Positions 51,701 through 64,000 of a DNA stretch of 64,000 bases are shown here, piece by piece. The notes beneath the pieces were generated by a model that was not told the DNA's origin, searched no databases, and worked only from the letters and a program-made list of their open reading frames with translations. The DNA lies in assembly GCF_009834535.1 (NCBI RefSeq), contig NC_045697.1, positions 96,722,001-96,786,000 on the forward strand, written 5' to 3'. The position numbers were made by a program, and so were the translations under genes. The DNA comes from Camelus ferus. Its lineage: Eukaryota. Each line of letters begins with the position of its first letter. Within the stretch, counting starts at the first letter, position 1.

Positions 51701-54700
51701 AAGGGCATCAGAGTCCTAAAAGGGGCTGGGGCTCCTGAGAGTAGTACTGAAGCCTATGCTAACAGTCAGCTGGGAGGAACTGCAGTGGTGTACCCGGAAG
51801 AGGGGTGAGCCTCCTCCTGACTGATCTAATCAGTGGTTTGCTGAGACTTTCTCAGAAATTATTGTCATGGATCCAAGGGCAAATCAAAACTGCCCTTTGG
51901 CTCTAACCTGGTTTATTTTGGCTCTCTTGCCAAATGCCAAAGTCCACATTAAGGAAAAAGGTGATAGGAAGGTAAGGCAGGATTATTACTCAAATTTTAG
52001 CAACAGCTATGCAGGTGAGCACCATATAGAGCCAGATAAAGAAAAAAAGTTTAAAGACAGCTGTGTTGGCTGCTCCATTAGCACTCTTTACTAAAGGGAA
52101 TGATTCCTTCCGACCGTCCTCTGAAGGGAGCTCCTTCAGAGGAGCTTCATCCAGCTACAGAATCAAGTCTGCACAAGCAGATCAAGTTGACAGCAGTTAT
52201 TAGAGCTGAATTTCTTGGTTCTGAATTTTAAATGAATATAGACTATATCTACTAATAATAAATACATGTTTGGCATCTGTCACACAACAAAGCAATTTTT
52301 TAGAGGGTTTTTTACTTCTATGACTACTATAAATCTCTCATGGAAAAGTGATAGGTGATTTGTTAAGAGTCTACTCAGATATCAGTGATTCACTGTGCTG
52401 ATAGAGTTACAAAAGCCACTATTAAAACACGGCAAATTCCAAACTTAGAATCTCTGCTTCTGATAGAATAAGAAATGTTTGTTCATTTAAAAAAAAATAC
52501 ACTAAACTAAAAAGATGGATTGTAAAAGCTGCTAAAAGAAATTTGACTGGATTATGAGAATTACCTAACAAAATAATTCCTGTCCCACAGTTCCCATTTG
52601 CTTAGTTAGTGTTGTTCAGCCATCTACAGAATCATCTGAATAAAACAGGGATTTTAAAGACATTAGACTCTTACTATCCCCTTCAAAGAGATAAAGTTAT
52701 TAAAAACATTTTTTTAAATGTGTTATTTGTCAGTGGAATTCTTTACAGGCTACTCCCAAGATAAGCACAGGAAGTTCTCCCTGACCAACTTTACCAAAAA
52801 ACAGGTGGAATTTCATAAAATCAAAATTTATAATAAGGTTAAGAAATTTTATCTAGTTATGGTACATATGATGCCTAAAATCTTTCCTTCTTCGAAAAAT
52901 TACAATGTTCAGGTGGTAGAAAAGACTCTTACAATGAACATAATTTCTACTTTTGTGTTACCAGAACTTTAAATCAGACAGAGAAGAGAAAGTAATTTGA
53001 TTTTCATCAAATCATCCAGTAATTATGCAAATATTTACAGATTCCTAAAGTCCTAGTTCTCTGGAAAACAGAATGAGTAAATCAAATTCTGAAAAATTCA
53101 GTAACTAAGATTCTGAAACCTATTATGTCAAGATGGTCTTCAGCTTTACCACTAGCTTTGTTGAAAATCAGAGTAATTCCTACCAGAAAACACAGAATCT
53201 TTTTCTTTAAATTTATGTGTGGCAAGCCCATAAATTTAGGTCTGAGACCACGTCTTTAATGTGATTTGATTGAATTCTGTCATAATTATGTTCAACATTT
53301 ATAAGGGCTTCTGTTTTCCTTAGAAACCCTGAGACATAAAGTCATAAGGATCTAGAAGGACCCGGGAGAAGTCAGCCACCCCTACTGACCAGATTTTGTC
53401 CACACAGAAATGTTGTACAGGAAAGACAAGACAGGCTGTCATCATACTGGGAGAGACCTTTTCAACTGTTGCTATTGAAATGAAAAACAAAAAACCTCAT
53501 GGAGTCATGTTCCCCATGGGAATCTAGCTTCTCAAGACAACTAGACTGTGGTTCCCACAAAGGAAATTTTAGTTTTCCAGAATTATGTATACTGATACCT
53601 CAACTGAATGGAGGTATTCTAGCAAAGTTTTATTAATGTTCTTATTGGTGCACTGCTGTCCCATTCACAGTAAAGTTGTTTCAGTTATTTTAAGAATCAT
53701 ATTTTATTAGAAAACAAACACATCACTCATTAAATTATTTTTTTCTTTCTGTACTCTCAGAAATGGTTCCCACAATCTCTTTTCCAATCAGTTTTAAATT
53801 GTACTTCCAGTATAACAGGGTCTGGACTTACAAGTTAAGCTATCTGGTTATTGATAGAGTAAAAATGGATTATCTTCATTAGTCATTTTTGATAATAAAA
53901 AAGTAAAGGTAATTAATATGCATCCAGGTACTCAAGCTCTAAATTTGACAACAAAACAACAAAACAACAAAAAATGTTTTGTTCACTGGTTTGATTGGAG
54001 AATGAAATAACAACAACAACAAAATCCTAATAATAGACAAAAAGAAATTTGGCATTTATATATAGATTCTGAAAAGACAATTCTAATGTCACTTGATTAA
54101 CTTTGAGATAATAGCTATCTCTAATCCCAATATTGATAGGTGAGCAAAGGTGAATGCCTGCTAGTCATGTAGATTTTATATTAGTTTATATTAGTTGCCT
54201 GTTATAATTATATGACTATAAATTTAGACCCTGTGCAAAAAAACAAGTGGTCCATAGGGTGTCTTTATCTTCAAAACCATTAAAGCCACATATGTTGAAT
54301 ATTGGACTTTCAATCTTTACCTTTCAATGTGTGCCTCATACGAAGACCTTGATTCTACATGATGGCCACAAACGTCTTTGCGTTTCATATCTAGGAACAA
54401 TCGTGGGAAGACAGAACAATTACTAAAGGGCCTAAATTGTTGTACAAATGTGATGGTACTTATGACTGAAATTCCGGGGAAATTTACTGTGCCTTACAAG
54501 GAAAATGCTTAATTAAAAATTTAGATTATCAGTTTAAGCTATTACTTAGGCTTAGATTGGATAAGACTTTATAAGGAACAGATATATTTAGCTAGTTATT
54601 CATTTGAAAATGCAAGTAATAAAGACATCACAACTATTTGTAAAATTAATGTAAGACTAAGAACAATTTTGTGTGTTCCTAATTAAGAATTTGATGTAAC

Positions 54701-54941
54701 CATTTACCATTTATATGATATAGTCAAAGATTATTACTCCAGGCAAACAATATATGGATTTTTTAAAATTTAGTGATTTTGTTATTTGATCAGAATCTGA
54801 CAATGGCTTCACATTATACTTTACTATGGAGTTGCTGGTTATTTAGAGGGTGACAACTTACCCAGAGAAAGGTGACTACAGCAAGGGGAGTTAAAAATCT
54901 GTAGTGTCACTGTATCTATATCTTAGTAATAAAGGGAAGAT

Positions 54942-55582
54942 TGTATGGGTAAATGCAAGCTGAAAAAGAAAAAAAAAAAATTCTCCCTGTTGAAAATAAA
55001 GGAAGAGACTTCCACTCTCTCCTTTTCTTCGAACATTTACTTTAGAAAACTTACTGAGTTTTATCGGTCTTTGAAATATACATAACTGCTTTTAAATGCT
55101 AAATAAGCTTCTGTGGCCCATGGAAGTCTGACTCATGGACCTGGGAACTGAGTCTTTAAAATGTAATCATCAAGGAAGATAGTAGTCCTGGGAGGGTAGG
55201 AGACTTGCTTCAATTTGCAAAACTATTACATGTCATAAATATATGAGAACTTATTTTTACTTTGGATAATACAGACGGCCATCCCAATTACTAAGGGAAT
55301 TTAGGAAAAACTATGTGTGAAAAATGGTGCTGTCAAGTCCTCTTAGTGAGAACTATATATTGTTTATCTTGGGAACATGTAGGTGATGGGCTGTATCTGC
55401 CTGGCTATATAAAAGAGTGAGATTCCTTTCTGTCTTTGCAGTTTCTTAGCAGATTTCCTGTGATGGGCATCACATTCTACTGTCATGCTTATTCAATAAT
55501 AAAACTGTTTTCTTTCTTTTCTGCCTTTGTGAAGAGATTTCCTGAATTGGGAGGAGATTTTGTTTTTCATTATTTATCCCCA
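54942..55582 (+). mobile_element. ERV1-type LTR (family D)
   Basis: Shares tgttgaaaataa, tgtgaaaaatggtgctgtcaagtcctctta, catgcttattcaataataaa with 47995-48712. Confidence 0.85.
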
Positions 55583-57393
55583 GATAGTGTCATAATTTTA
55601 TTTGTTTACCTCAACCGACAGTAATTGCCTGAAAGGCAGAGTCCATATATTGCTCACATTTTTATACCTATGCTTAGTACTTATTAGGTATTCAATAAAT
55701 GTAGGTTAAAACTTATTCTAGTCAGTCAACGTAATATTAAATACACGTATGATGATGAATGTTTAAAATGTTGTAAAAGAGAAAGTGCTCTGACTTCAAA
55801 AGGAGACTACAGCTCCTTGCCTCTAGCCTGCTCTTGTACCAGTTTTTCTCTCCTCTTCCCCAATAAACCAATTTCTCGCCTCAGATTTTTTGAAATATTT
55901 TTCTGTGATTCTTCAAATCTTTACTTTTCATGGTTCTGTGTCCCTGCTCCCCTTGCCCCCACTTCAGAAATGGCCTTCGATAATCAAATTCTTATTACTT
56001 ACAGCCTACCCATCATGTTGGCAGTTGAATGTGTATCTAGGGAAGATATAGGAAGGCTGAAAGATAGGAGTGGGAGGTAGATATACTTTTGAAAGGTACA
56101 TCAATGTGTACCTTCTAGATTGTGTTCTATGCATGCATTAGTTATTCAAAAATAGATCAATTATATTAAATATATTTTGATAGGAGAAATTTAATACAGG
56201 AGTCACTTCCTGTAGGAATTTACCTATTACCCTCCATTGGCAAGGCTGTTAGCTATGTTAAAGTAGAGCTCTGCTTTGGAGCCAGTCACATGGTCACTGC
56301 TTAACAAAGGATTGCCTGGGTGAATGAATAAATAGGAGGAAGTTTGTGTTACCTGGTTATCAATGGCCCTAATATTTTAAGAAAAAAAAATCTGTTACAA
56401 CTGCTGTGGACAAGAAATGACAAATCTTACTTCTAAGCTTTCTGACTAAAGAAAAGAGGCAAATTTTAGAAAGAAGTTCATCTATGTCTTGCAATCAACA
56501 GTTTTTTGTTCACATGGGCAGGTTAAAAAAAAAACACATTTTTAAGCAAAAACTCCAGATGAAACAGGTCTTTCTCAACCAGAGTGAAATTTTGTCCCTG
56601 CCTGTGACTGCACTGTGTTCACTGATTCCATTTCAGTGGCTCTCAACACAGACACTATAAAACTAAACTCTCCTTAAAGAGAAAAATCATTTCAAAAGTA
56701 AAACCCAATAATAACAATAATTCTATAGCATACATCTTTCAAGAGGAATTTTCAGTATATTTGGTATTATGCCTCTCATGGACACCTAAAAAAGTTAAAG
56801 TAAAAACACCTGCTAAAAAGTAAACTGATCACAGTCATGATCATAACATGATCATAACATGACTGTGATTATCAGAATGTCTCAAAGCGCTTGTTTATTT
56901 AATATTATTTATGTGAAAATTCTTAGACCATTACGCAGCAGGTATTTCTCTCTGTTCCGTGTGCCGTACGAAATGTAGGGTATTTTGAAGTGAATGGTAT
57001 AAAGTCAGAGGAGGATGTAAAGCAACCTAACTTCTTTTCAATGTAATCTAAGTTGAGAAAACCTACATAGGGAATAACTGGATAAAAGAAGCCATTCTGG
57101 ATGAGTTAAGAAATAGCAGTGACCATAAGGACAATGTTTTTTAAAAGTGCCTTGAGTGCAGCTGCATATTTGTTTTTAGGCTGTCTTTGCTTAATAATTA
57201 GCATATAAATGGTTCCAACTACGATTGGAAGTTAACGTTTCATTAACCTCACTTACAATACCTAAAGGAGGCATCCACATTTAAATTCAGGGGGAAAATT
57301 AGTCTAACTGAACTCTCCTGCCTGAATATAATAATCTTGAAGCAGCCACAAACACATTGAGCACAGATCGAGCATCACAAGCTCTATTAAGAA

Positions 57394-57430
<37 letters not shown>
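57394..57430. repeat. (CA)n microsatellite
   Basis: About 18 units. Confidence 0.95.
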
Positions 57431-57433
<3 letters not shown>

Positions 57434-57897
57434 CTGGAATGAAAAGCTTTCCTGCCACTGTTTTCTCAAAGGAAATCTTTAGTAACATTTTAAGATACTG
57501 TCTTCTAATACTGAACTGAATATTTTCTCCAAAAACCCTTTCTTTCATTTACTTATTCAATCATATGGAAATTTATTTCATCTTTTATTCATTAATTTAC
57601 TCGATGATCATCATTTAACAAATGCTTAAACAACAACTACTTCAGGTAAACCACAATTCTGGACCTAGTAGGAGACCCAGAGGAAAATAAGGGATGTGAT
57701 CCTACCTTTATGGGGTCTGCTATCTAGTAGGGAAGATAAGACTACAAACAAGAGGACATTCAAAAGAATATGATGAGTTTTTAAAATTGAGTTCCTACTA
57801 TGTGACTAGCACTGTGTTAAACAATTACTTTCATGTTGCGATGCCATAAAACAGAGCTTATTAACATAGGGAGTTGAGAGAGATTTCTACCATCCAA

Positions 57898-58150
57898 GAG
57901 GCAGAGTGAATAAGGGTTAAGAACAAGGTCACTCAAACCACAGGGCTTAGGTTTGTATCTCGACTTACTCATTACTTCCACTGTCACCTTAGGCAAGCCA
58001 TTTGAGGTCTCATTGTTTCAACCTCCTCATGTGTAAAAGGAAAATGAAAAGAAGGTTGCCTACTTTACAGGTTTTTGTGATAATTAAATCACTTAAGAAA
58101 TTCCAGGCACTAAGAACTGTGTATGTAGTAAATGGTATAATAAGTATTAT
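57898..58150 (+). mobile_element. MIR SINE
   Basis: gggttaagaaca...ctgtcaccttaggcaag...cctcatgtgtaaaa...tagtaaatggta. Confidence 0.75.
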
Positions 58151-59267
58151 CTTCTTTCATTTTGATGTTATCATGGAAGATTTGCAAAAGGATTGACAGT
58201 GTAGCTAACAGGTACCTCAACTGTAGATTCCTTTTTTTTTCTTTTAAGTGAATTCTTATTTTTAGAAGTGAAACTAAACTGATGCTTCACTAGTACTGAA
58301 TGTTTAGAAACAGCCTATGAGGCCCTCTCTGGCACTTTAGAACTGTCGTGTTTGTGTTAGTAGAAGTACTGGACTGAGAGTCCAGCATACCAGTGATAAT
58401 TCTAATTGTATAGTAATTGTTCTATAGTTTCAGCAAATTACAAAGTTCTGAATTGTAAACTTCAATTTCCTAGTCCACAGAATAAGACACATTGTTGAGT
58501 GTACATGAGTAATGGGGGTGGGAGGGTCTTGCCTCAAAGGTATTAAAATAATACAACTGGAGTTGAAGGCCAATGTAAACCAGGAGGCACATCCAAGTCT
58601 TATATTATCAAGATTTGTGCCATGTACTGCAATTTGTGCTGCGTAACATTTAAGCACAAAAACACCTATCAATCATAAAACAGCAGTCTTCTTGAGGTTA
58701 GGAATATTATATCTTGCTGATAATCAATAATCATGAAACAGAGAACTGAATTTTAGTTGAGAGACTTTATGTAGAAATCTTATTCTTGGATCAATACCAA
58801 ATGTGTATCTGTATCTATATCTGTGTTTGTCTAGAATTTATTTTGCTGTCTTCAGAAGAAAGAAAATTGTTATCACATTCTTTAAGCTCTATTTCAAATT
58901 GGTCTATTAAGGCTATCATGAAATAGACATCTTAATTAGAAGTTGTATTCAAACTGAAAATTTTTAAAAAGCACAAACATACTTCACTGTGATATATCTA
59001 AACAGTTAAATATATTTAACAGTAAAATGTTAAAATACTTTTACTCTCTAGCCCTGTCTAGCTGGCATGGCCAGTAGGCCATCCCTCTGTTTTTGACCTT
59101 TCCAGACGTAATAATTATTTTAACTGTGATATGATTCTGTTCAAACTGGTTTCTATGTATTTATGTGCACATATACATGCATGTACACCTGCATATATAT
59201 ATATATATATATATAGTATAAATGGGACTATACAAAAGGTCATATTCCATAATTAAAAATAACATTT

Positions 59268-61680
59268 GGACTTCTGGTTTCCTGTTCCACATGTAAGCAG
59301 CTTGGAAATTGCCATTCCATCCTAAAAAACAAGTGGAAGGCTGAACAGACTAAATAATCAACAACTATTCTAGGATCCATAAGTGAAGTAAGTACTCAGC
59401 ACCCAAGACTGGAGAGACAAATAGACAAATACAGGGAATCATGGCTCACCAGAGCAGAGACTCATGAGTAGAAATCACCATAGAAACTAATGCCAGGGTA
59501 GGAAAATCAAAACTGTAATTGAAAAATCGCTAAAGGCTCAATGTGGGCAATTCTGAGACTTATAAATTCTGGGGGAAGTGGCAAAATAATGATGAAAAAC
59601 TCCTGGAATGACAAAAAGAGTAACAACAGCAGCAACAAAACCTCCTGGAACTAATAAGCAACTATAATGAAGTTGTAGAATAGAAGGTTAATATACAAAG
59701 TCCATCACTTTCTGTATTCTAGCAATAAACAAATGAAATTTGAAATTAAACATGATGCCATTTATATAAGTATACCAAAATGTCAATTACCTAAGTATTT
59801 TTCTGACAAAATATGTACAAGCTTTATATGTGTAAAACTACAAAACACTGATGAACAAAATTAAAAAACAAAGACAAAATAAATGGAGAGATATTCCTGT
59901 TTATGGATAGGAAGATACAGCATATCATGATGTCAGTTCTTCCCACTTTGATCTACAGATTCAATGGAATCTAAAACAAAAATTCCAGCAAGTTATTTTG
60001 CATATATTGACAAAGTGGTTCTAAAGTTTATTTGGAGTGGCAAAAGATTCAGAATAGTCAACACAATACTGAAGAAGAACAAAGTTGGTAGACTGACACT
60101 ACCCAAATAAAAGACTTACTATAAAGCTATAGTAATAAAGTGTGGTGTTAGAAAAAGAATAAATAGATCAATGGAACAGAATAGAGAGCCCAAAAATACA
60201 CCCACATAGATATGGTGAACTGATCTTTGACAAAGGAGCAAAGATAGTCTTTTCAACAAATGGTACTGGAATATCCAAAAGCTAAAAGAGGAATCTGGAC
60301 ACAAATCTAATAACCTTCACAAAAATTAACTAAAAAATGGATTATAGACCTAAATATGAGACACAAAGCTGTAAAACTCCTAGAAGATAATGTAGGCAAA
60401 AACCTAGATGACCTGGGTTATAGCAATGGCTTTTTAGATACAACTATAAAGAATTATGTTCCATGAAAAAGTAATTGGTAAAGTAGACTTTATTAAAATT
60501 CAAAACTTCTGCTCTGTGAAAGACAATGTCAAGAGAATGATAAGACAAGCCACATATGGCAAGAAAATACTTGCCAAAGACATATCTGATAAAGGACAGT
60601 TATCCAAAATACACAAAGAACTTCTAAAATTCAATAGTAAGAAAACAAACAACCAGATTTAAAAAGTCAGCCAAAGATCATAGCAGATACCTCACCAAAG
60701 AAGATAAATAGATGATACATCAGCATATGAAAAGATGTTTCACACCATATGTCATCAGGGCAATGCAAGTTAAAACAACAGTGAAATACCACTACACACC
60801 TATTAGAATGACCAAAATTTGAAAGACCGACAACACCAAAAGCTGATCAAACTGTAGAGCAACAAGAAATCTTATTCATTGCTGGTGGGAATGCAAAATG
60901 GTATAGCCACTTTGGAGGACAGTTTGTTAGTTTCTTATAAGGGTAAGCATACTCTCACTGTAAGATCTAGAAATTGTGCTCCTTGGTGTTTACCCAAAGG
61001 ATTTGAAAACTTATGTCTACATAAGAACACTCACAGGAATGATTATAGCAGTTTGTTCATAATTGCCAAAAATTGAAAGTAATCAAGATGTCCTTCAGTA
61101 GGTGAAAAGATAAACTATGGTACATCCAGACAATGGAATATTATTCAGTACTAAAAAGAAATGAGCTATCAAGCGATGAAAAGATACGGAAAATCTTAAA
61201 TGCATATTACTAAATGAAAGAAGTCAGTCTGGAAAGGTTACATACTGTATGATTCCAAGTATATGACGCTCTGGAAAAGGCAAAACTATGGAGAGAATGA
61301 AAAGATCAGTTGTTGCTAGAGGCTCGGGGAGGGGGAGAGAGGGATGAGTAGGCTGAGCACTGAAGATTTTTACAGCAGTGAAAATAGTCTGTATGATATT
61401 ATAATGATGAATACATGTCATTATACATTTGTCCAACTCATAGAGTAAGCTATGTGTTTACTAAGTAATGTGCAAAGGTAAGCTACTTACTTTGGGTGGT
61501 TATGATGTGTCATTGTGGGTTCATCAATTGTAACAAAGGTGCCCTTTGTTGGGGGCTGTTCATAATAACAGAAGTTGTGCATGGAGGCAGGTGATACAGT
61601 ATATGGAAAATCTCTTGTACTTTATGCTAAATATTCCTTAACTTAAAATTGCTCTTATAAAATAAAATCTAAAGAAAACT
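59268..61680 (+). mobile_element. L1MC1-like element: 5' UTR joined to distal ORF2 and 3' UTR
   Basis: 5' end ggacttctggtttc...acatgtaagcagcttggaa (L1MC 5' end); ORF2 from ~59640 ctcctggaactaataagc; 3' end aatgagctatcaagc.atgaaaagat...ggaaaaggcaaaactatggag. Confidence 0.85.
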
Positions 61681-61946
61681 AAATAAGCTGTCAAATGATA
61701 TGTTTTATTAGAAAAAAAGGCCACTTTTTGAAAAAGATTCATAATTGGAGCTCTATGTTAAGAAACTTTCCTATCATTTCTTGGTCATTTACATTTATTC
61801 TTTGTGAAATGTCTTCAAATTTTCGTTAATTTTTTTCTTTTTTAAGTAAGGCTTCTTTATAATTTTCCTTTTTTGTTGCATATATTGCAGATGTTTTTTG
61901 CCTAGGCTCTCAGTTGAGTTTGGTTTCACGGTCTTGTTATTATAAA

Positions 61947-62483
61947 CGTTACCAAAAAAGCTGACTCAGAGCAAAGCAATCCACTGACTCCCAGTCATGT
62001 TGAAAGAAAGTATATTATTTATTGCAGGGTGCTAAGCAAGGAGAATGAGAAGCTAGTGCTCAAAAGACCTGAACTCTCTAATGACTTTCAGGCAAGGGCC
62101 TTTTAAAGGCAATATCAGAGGTGAGGGTCACAGAGTGCATGGACATTTTTCTGATTGGTTGGTGGTGAGACAATAGGGTGATGTTTCGGGAATCTTAATC
62201 ATCCACCAACTGGTTGAAACCAGTCTGGGGTCTACGAAGTTGTGGTCAGCATATAATCACCATCCTCCACTGAGAGGGGTCTTAGTTTCTGCAGAACAAC
62301 TCAAAGATATATGTCAGATTGTTATCTATACGCCTTCAGGAGGAACTAGGAATCCTATGACTCTATTGTTCTAATTATTAACTGTTTAAGTCTGCTCTTT
62401 AGAACTCAGGGAAGGCCAGACAAGAAAGGGACATAGCGTGGCTTGTACCTGGGACAGGCCCATCAGGGTCCTGCTCAATTTCA
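61947..62483 (-). mobile_element. ERV1-type solo LTR (family B) within an old L1 fragment
   Basis: (c)gttacc...atttca with TSD taaa; homologous to 30926-31559. Confidence 0.88.
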
Positions 62484-63299
62484 TAAACAGTTTTAATTTT
62501 ATAGGATCAAATCATCATTCTTTTTCTTTAAGGTTACTATTTGATTTAGAAGCGACTTTCCACTTAATAAAATATTTTCAATTTTGTTATATATATGAAT
62601 ATGTATTTGCATGTATGTGTGCATATATATGAGAATATATATGCATAAATATTTATTTTTAATTCACTTTGATCAAATTTATGTTCCAGGTAGATTTGTT
62701 TTTCTTTTTTCAACAAATAATTGCTTTTTTTTCAACATCATTTTTAAATTTCTAGTTCATCCCTTTACCACAGAATTGGAATTCTGTTTTCATTACATAC
62801 AGATCCCTACATGAACATGATTAAAACAAATAATTATTAAGGTCTACATTAGTAAAATAATTTATATTATATCAAGTTTTAAATTCTATGTTAAACTATA
62901 AAATAGCTTATTGGAGATTATATAATTGAGATTTAAAGTGTTGAGCAGAAGAACTGAAGTAAATAAGAAAATCCATTGCTGTAAAATCATAGATCTCCTA
63001 AAGATGAGTGTAATTCACATAAAATACTTTGTAGTGTCTGACATGTATGTACATTACAATCTCATGTAAGAAATGCCAGTGTAATTTAGAATATACCCCA
63101 TCCATATCCAATATTTAAAAGTGAAAATCTCAATATTTTTATCTGATAACCTTTGGGAATTATAGAGAAAGAGACAATATGTGGGCTTACATACGACTCT
63201 AAGTTAGTAATACTATGATTCTATGAGGTGAAATGTAGAAAGATCCTAGAAGTGCTTTCAAACACATACACACAGCAAGTGTGTATGCATGTGCCTGCT

Positions 63300-63905
63300 A
63301 TGTGTGCTTTCAGTGGATCCCTAAGACCACCTTCCGGTTTAATGATCCACCAGACTCTGAGAACTCAGAAAAGCTGATCTACTCACAGCTACAGTTTGCT
63401 GTTATAAACAGAAATCAGCTGAAATCAGCAAAGGGAAAAAGGGCATAGGACAGAGTCCAAATGAGACAGGCACAAGTTTCCAGTTGTATTCTCCCTATGG
63501 AGTCGTGCTGATAACACTCAATCTTCCCAGTAAATATGTGTGGTGATACATACGAAGTGTTGCCGACCTTGGAAGCTCATCCAGGACTTGGTGACCAGGG
63601 GTTTTATTGGGGGTTGATCATGTAGGTATGGAGCACCTGCCTGGCAGACTTGGTTTCCTCAGTCTCCAGCCCCTCCAGAAGTCAAACTGATACTGCATGG
63701 CCTGAGAACTCCACTTTAAATTAGATTGTTAGCATAGACCACTTGGTAACAGCCAAAGCTTCAGGTAAACAAAAACACTCCCATTAAGCAGGATACTGCA
63801 AGGTTTTAGGAGTTATGTCCCAGGAGCTAGTCAAGGGCTAAACCTTTCTTTAGAATGTACAGGGTTTGCACAACCCAGGCCTACCAAGTTAATTCTTTGC
63901 TACAC
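63300..63905 (-). mobile_element. MER77-like ERVL LTR
   Basis: aagaccacc...aactcagaaaagc...aaatcagcaaagggaaaa...ttccagttgt...ttaattctttgctacaca. Confidence 0.8.
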
Positions 63906-64000
63906 AGTACATAACTTGTCAACTAAATGGATACTACAGAGATACTACTTAGAAAAGTGACTGAGAAAAAAAGTCAATATGCTTCCTACTTTTAATGTCC

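Noticed and set aside
1..64000. ORF-track entries as genes; CRISPR or other prokaryote-type systems
   Set aside because: All ORFs are 120 aa or shorter, and most overlap repeats or are low complexity. There is no regularly spaced repeat array, and the DNA is mammalian.

Overview
This is AT-rich, CpG-depleted mammalian genomic DNA that looks intergenic or intronic. It is most likely camelid (alpaca/camel), judged from two Vic-1-like tRNA-derived SINEs and no recognisable Alu, BovB/Bov-tA or PRE1. I find no intact protein-coding gene; the ORF track is L1, LTR or hAT debris plus chance ORFs. The window is a layered transposon fossil record: L1s of several ages, L2/MIR, MaLR/ERVL LTRs, about 15 ERV1-type LTRs (mostly solo, including two three-LTR nests) and a ~2.7 kb decayed Charlie-type hAT transposon. 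The most notable items are: (1) a 164-bp 5'-only, tailless RAN retrocopy with a 16-bp target-site duplication (TSD); (2) a probable, heavily decayed Ty3/Gypsy RT remnant; (3) an MLT1>L1>L1 nest with a nearby 100-bp L1 copy that may be locally templated; (4) possible short L1 3' transductions; (5) an L1MC with both ends but no middle. I see no evidence of a new functional biological system. Subfamily names come from recalled consensus sequences, not a database search. Boundaries without TSDs are approximate.
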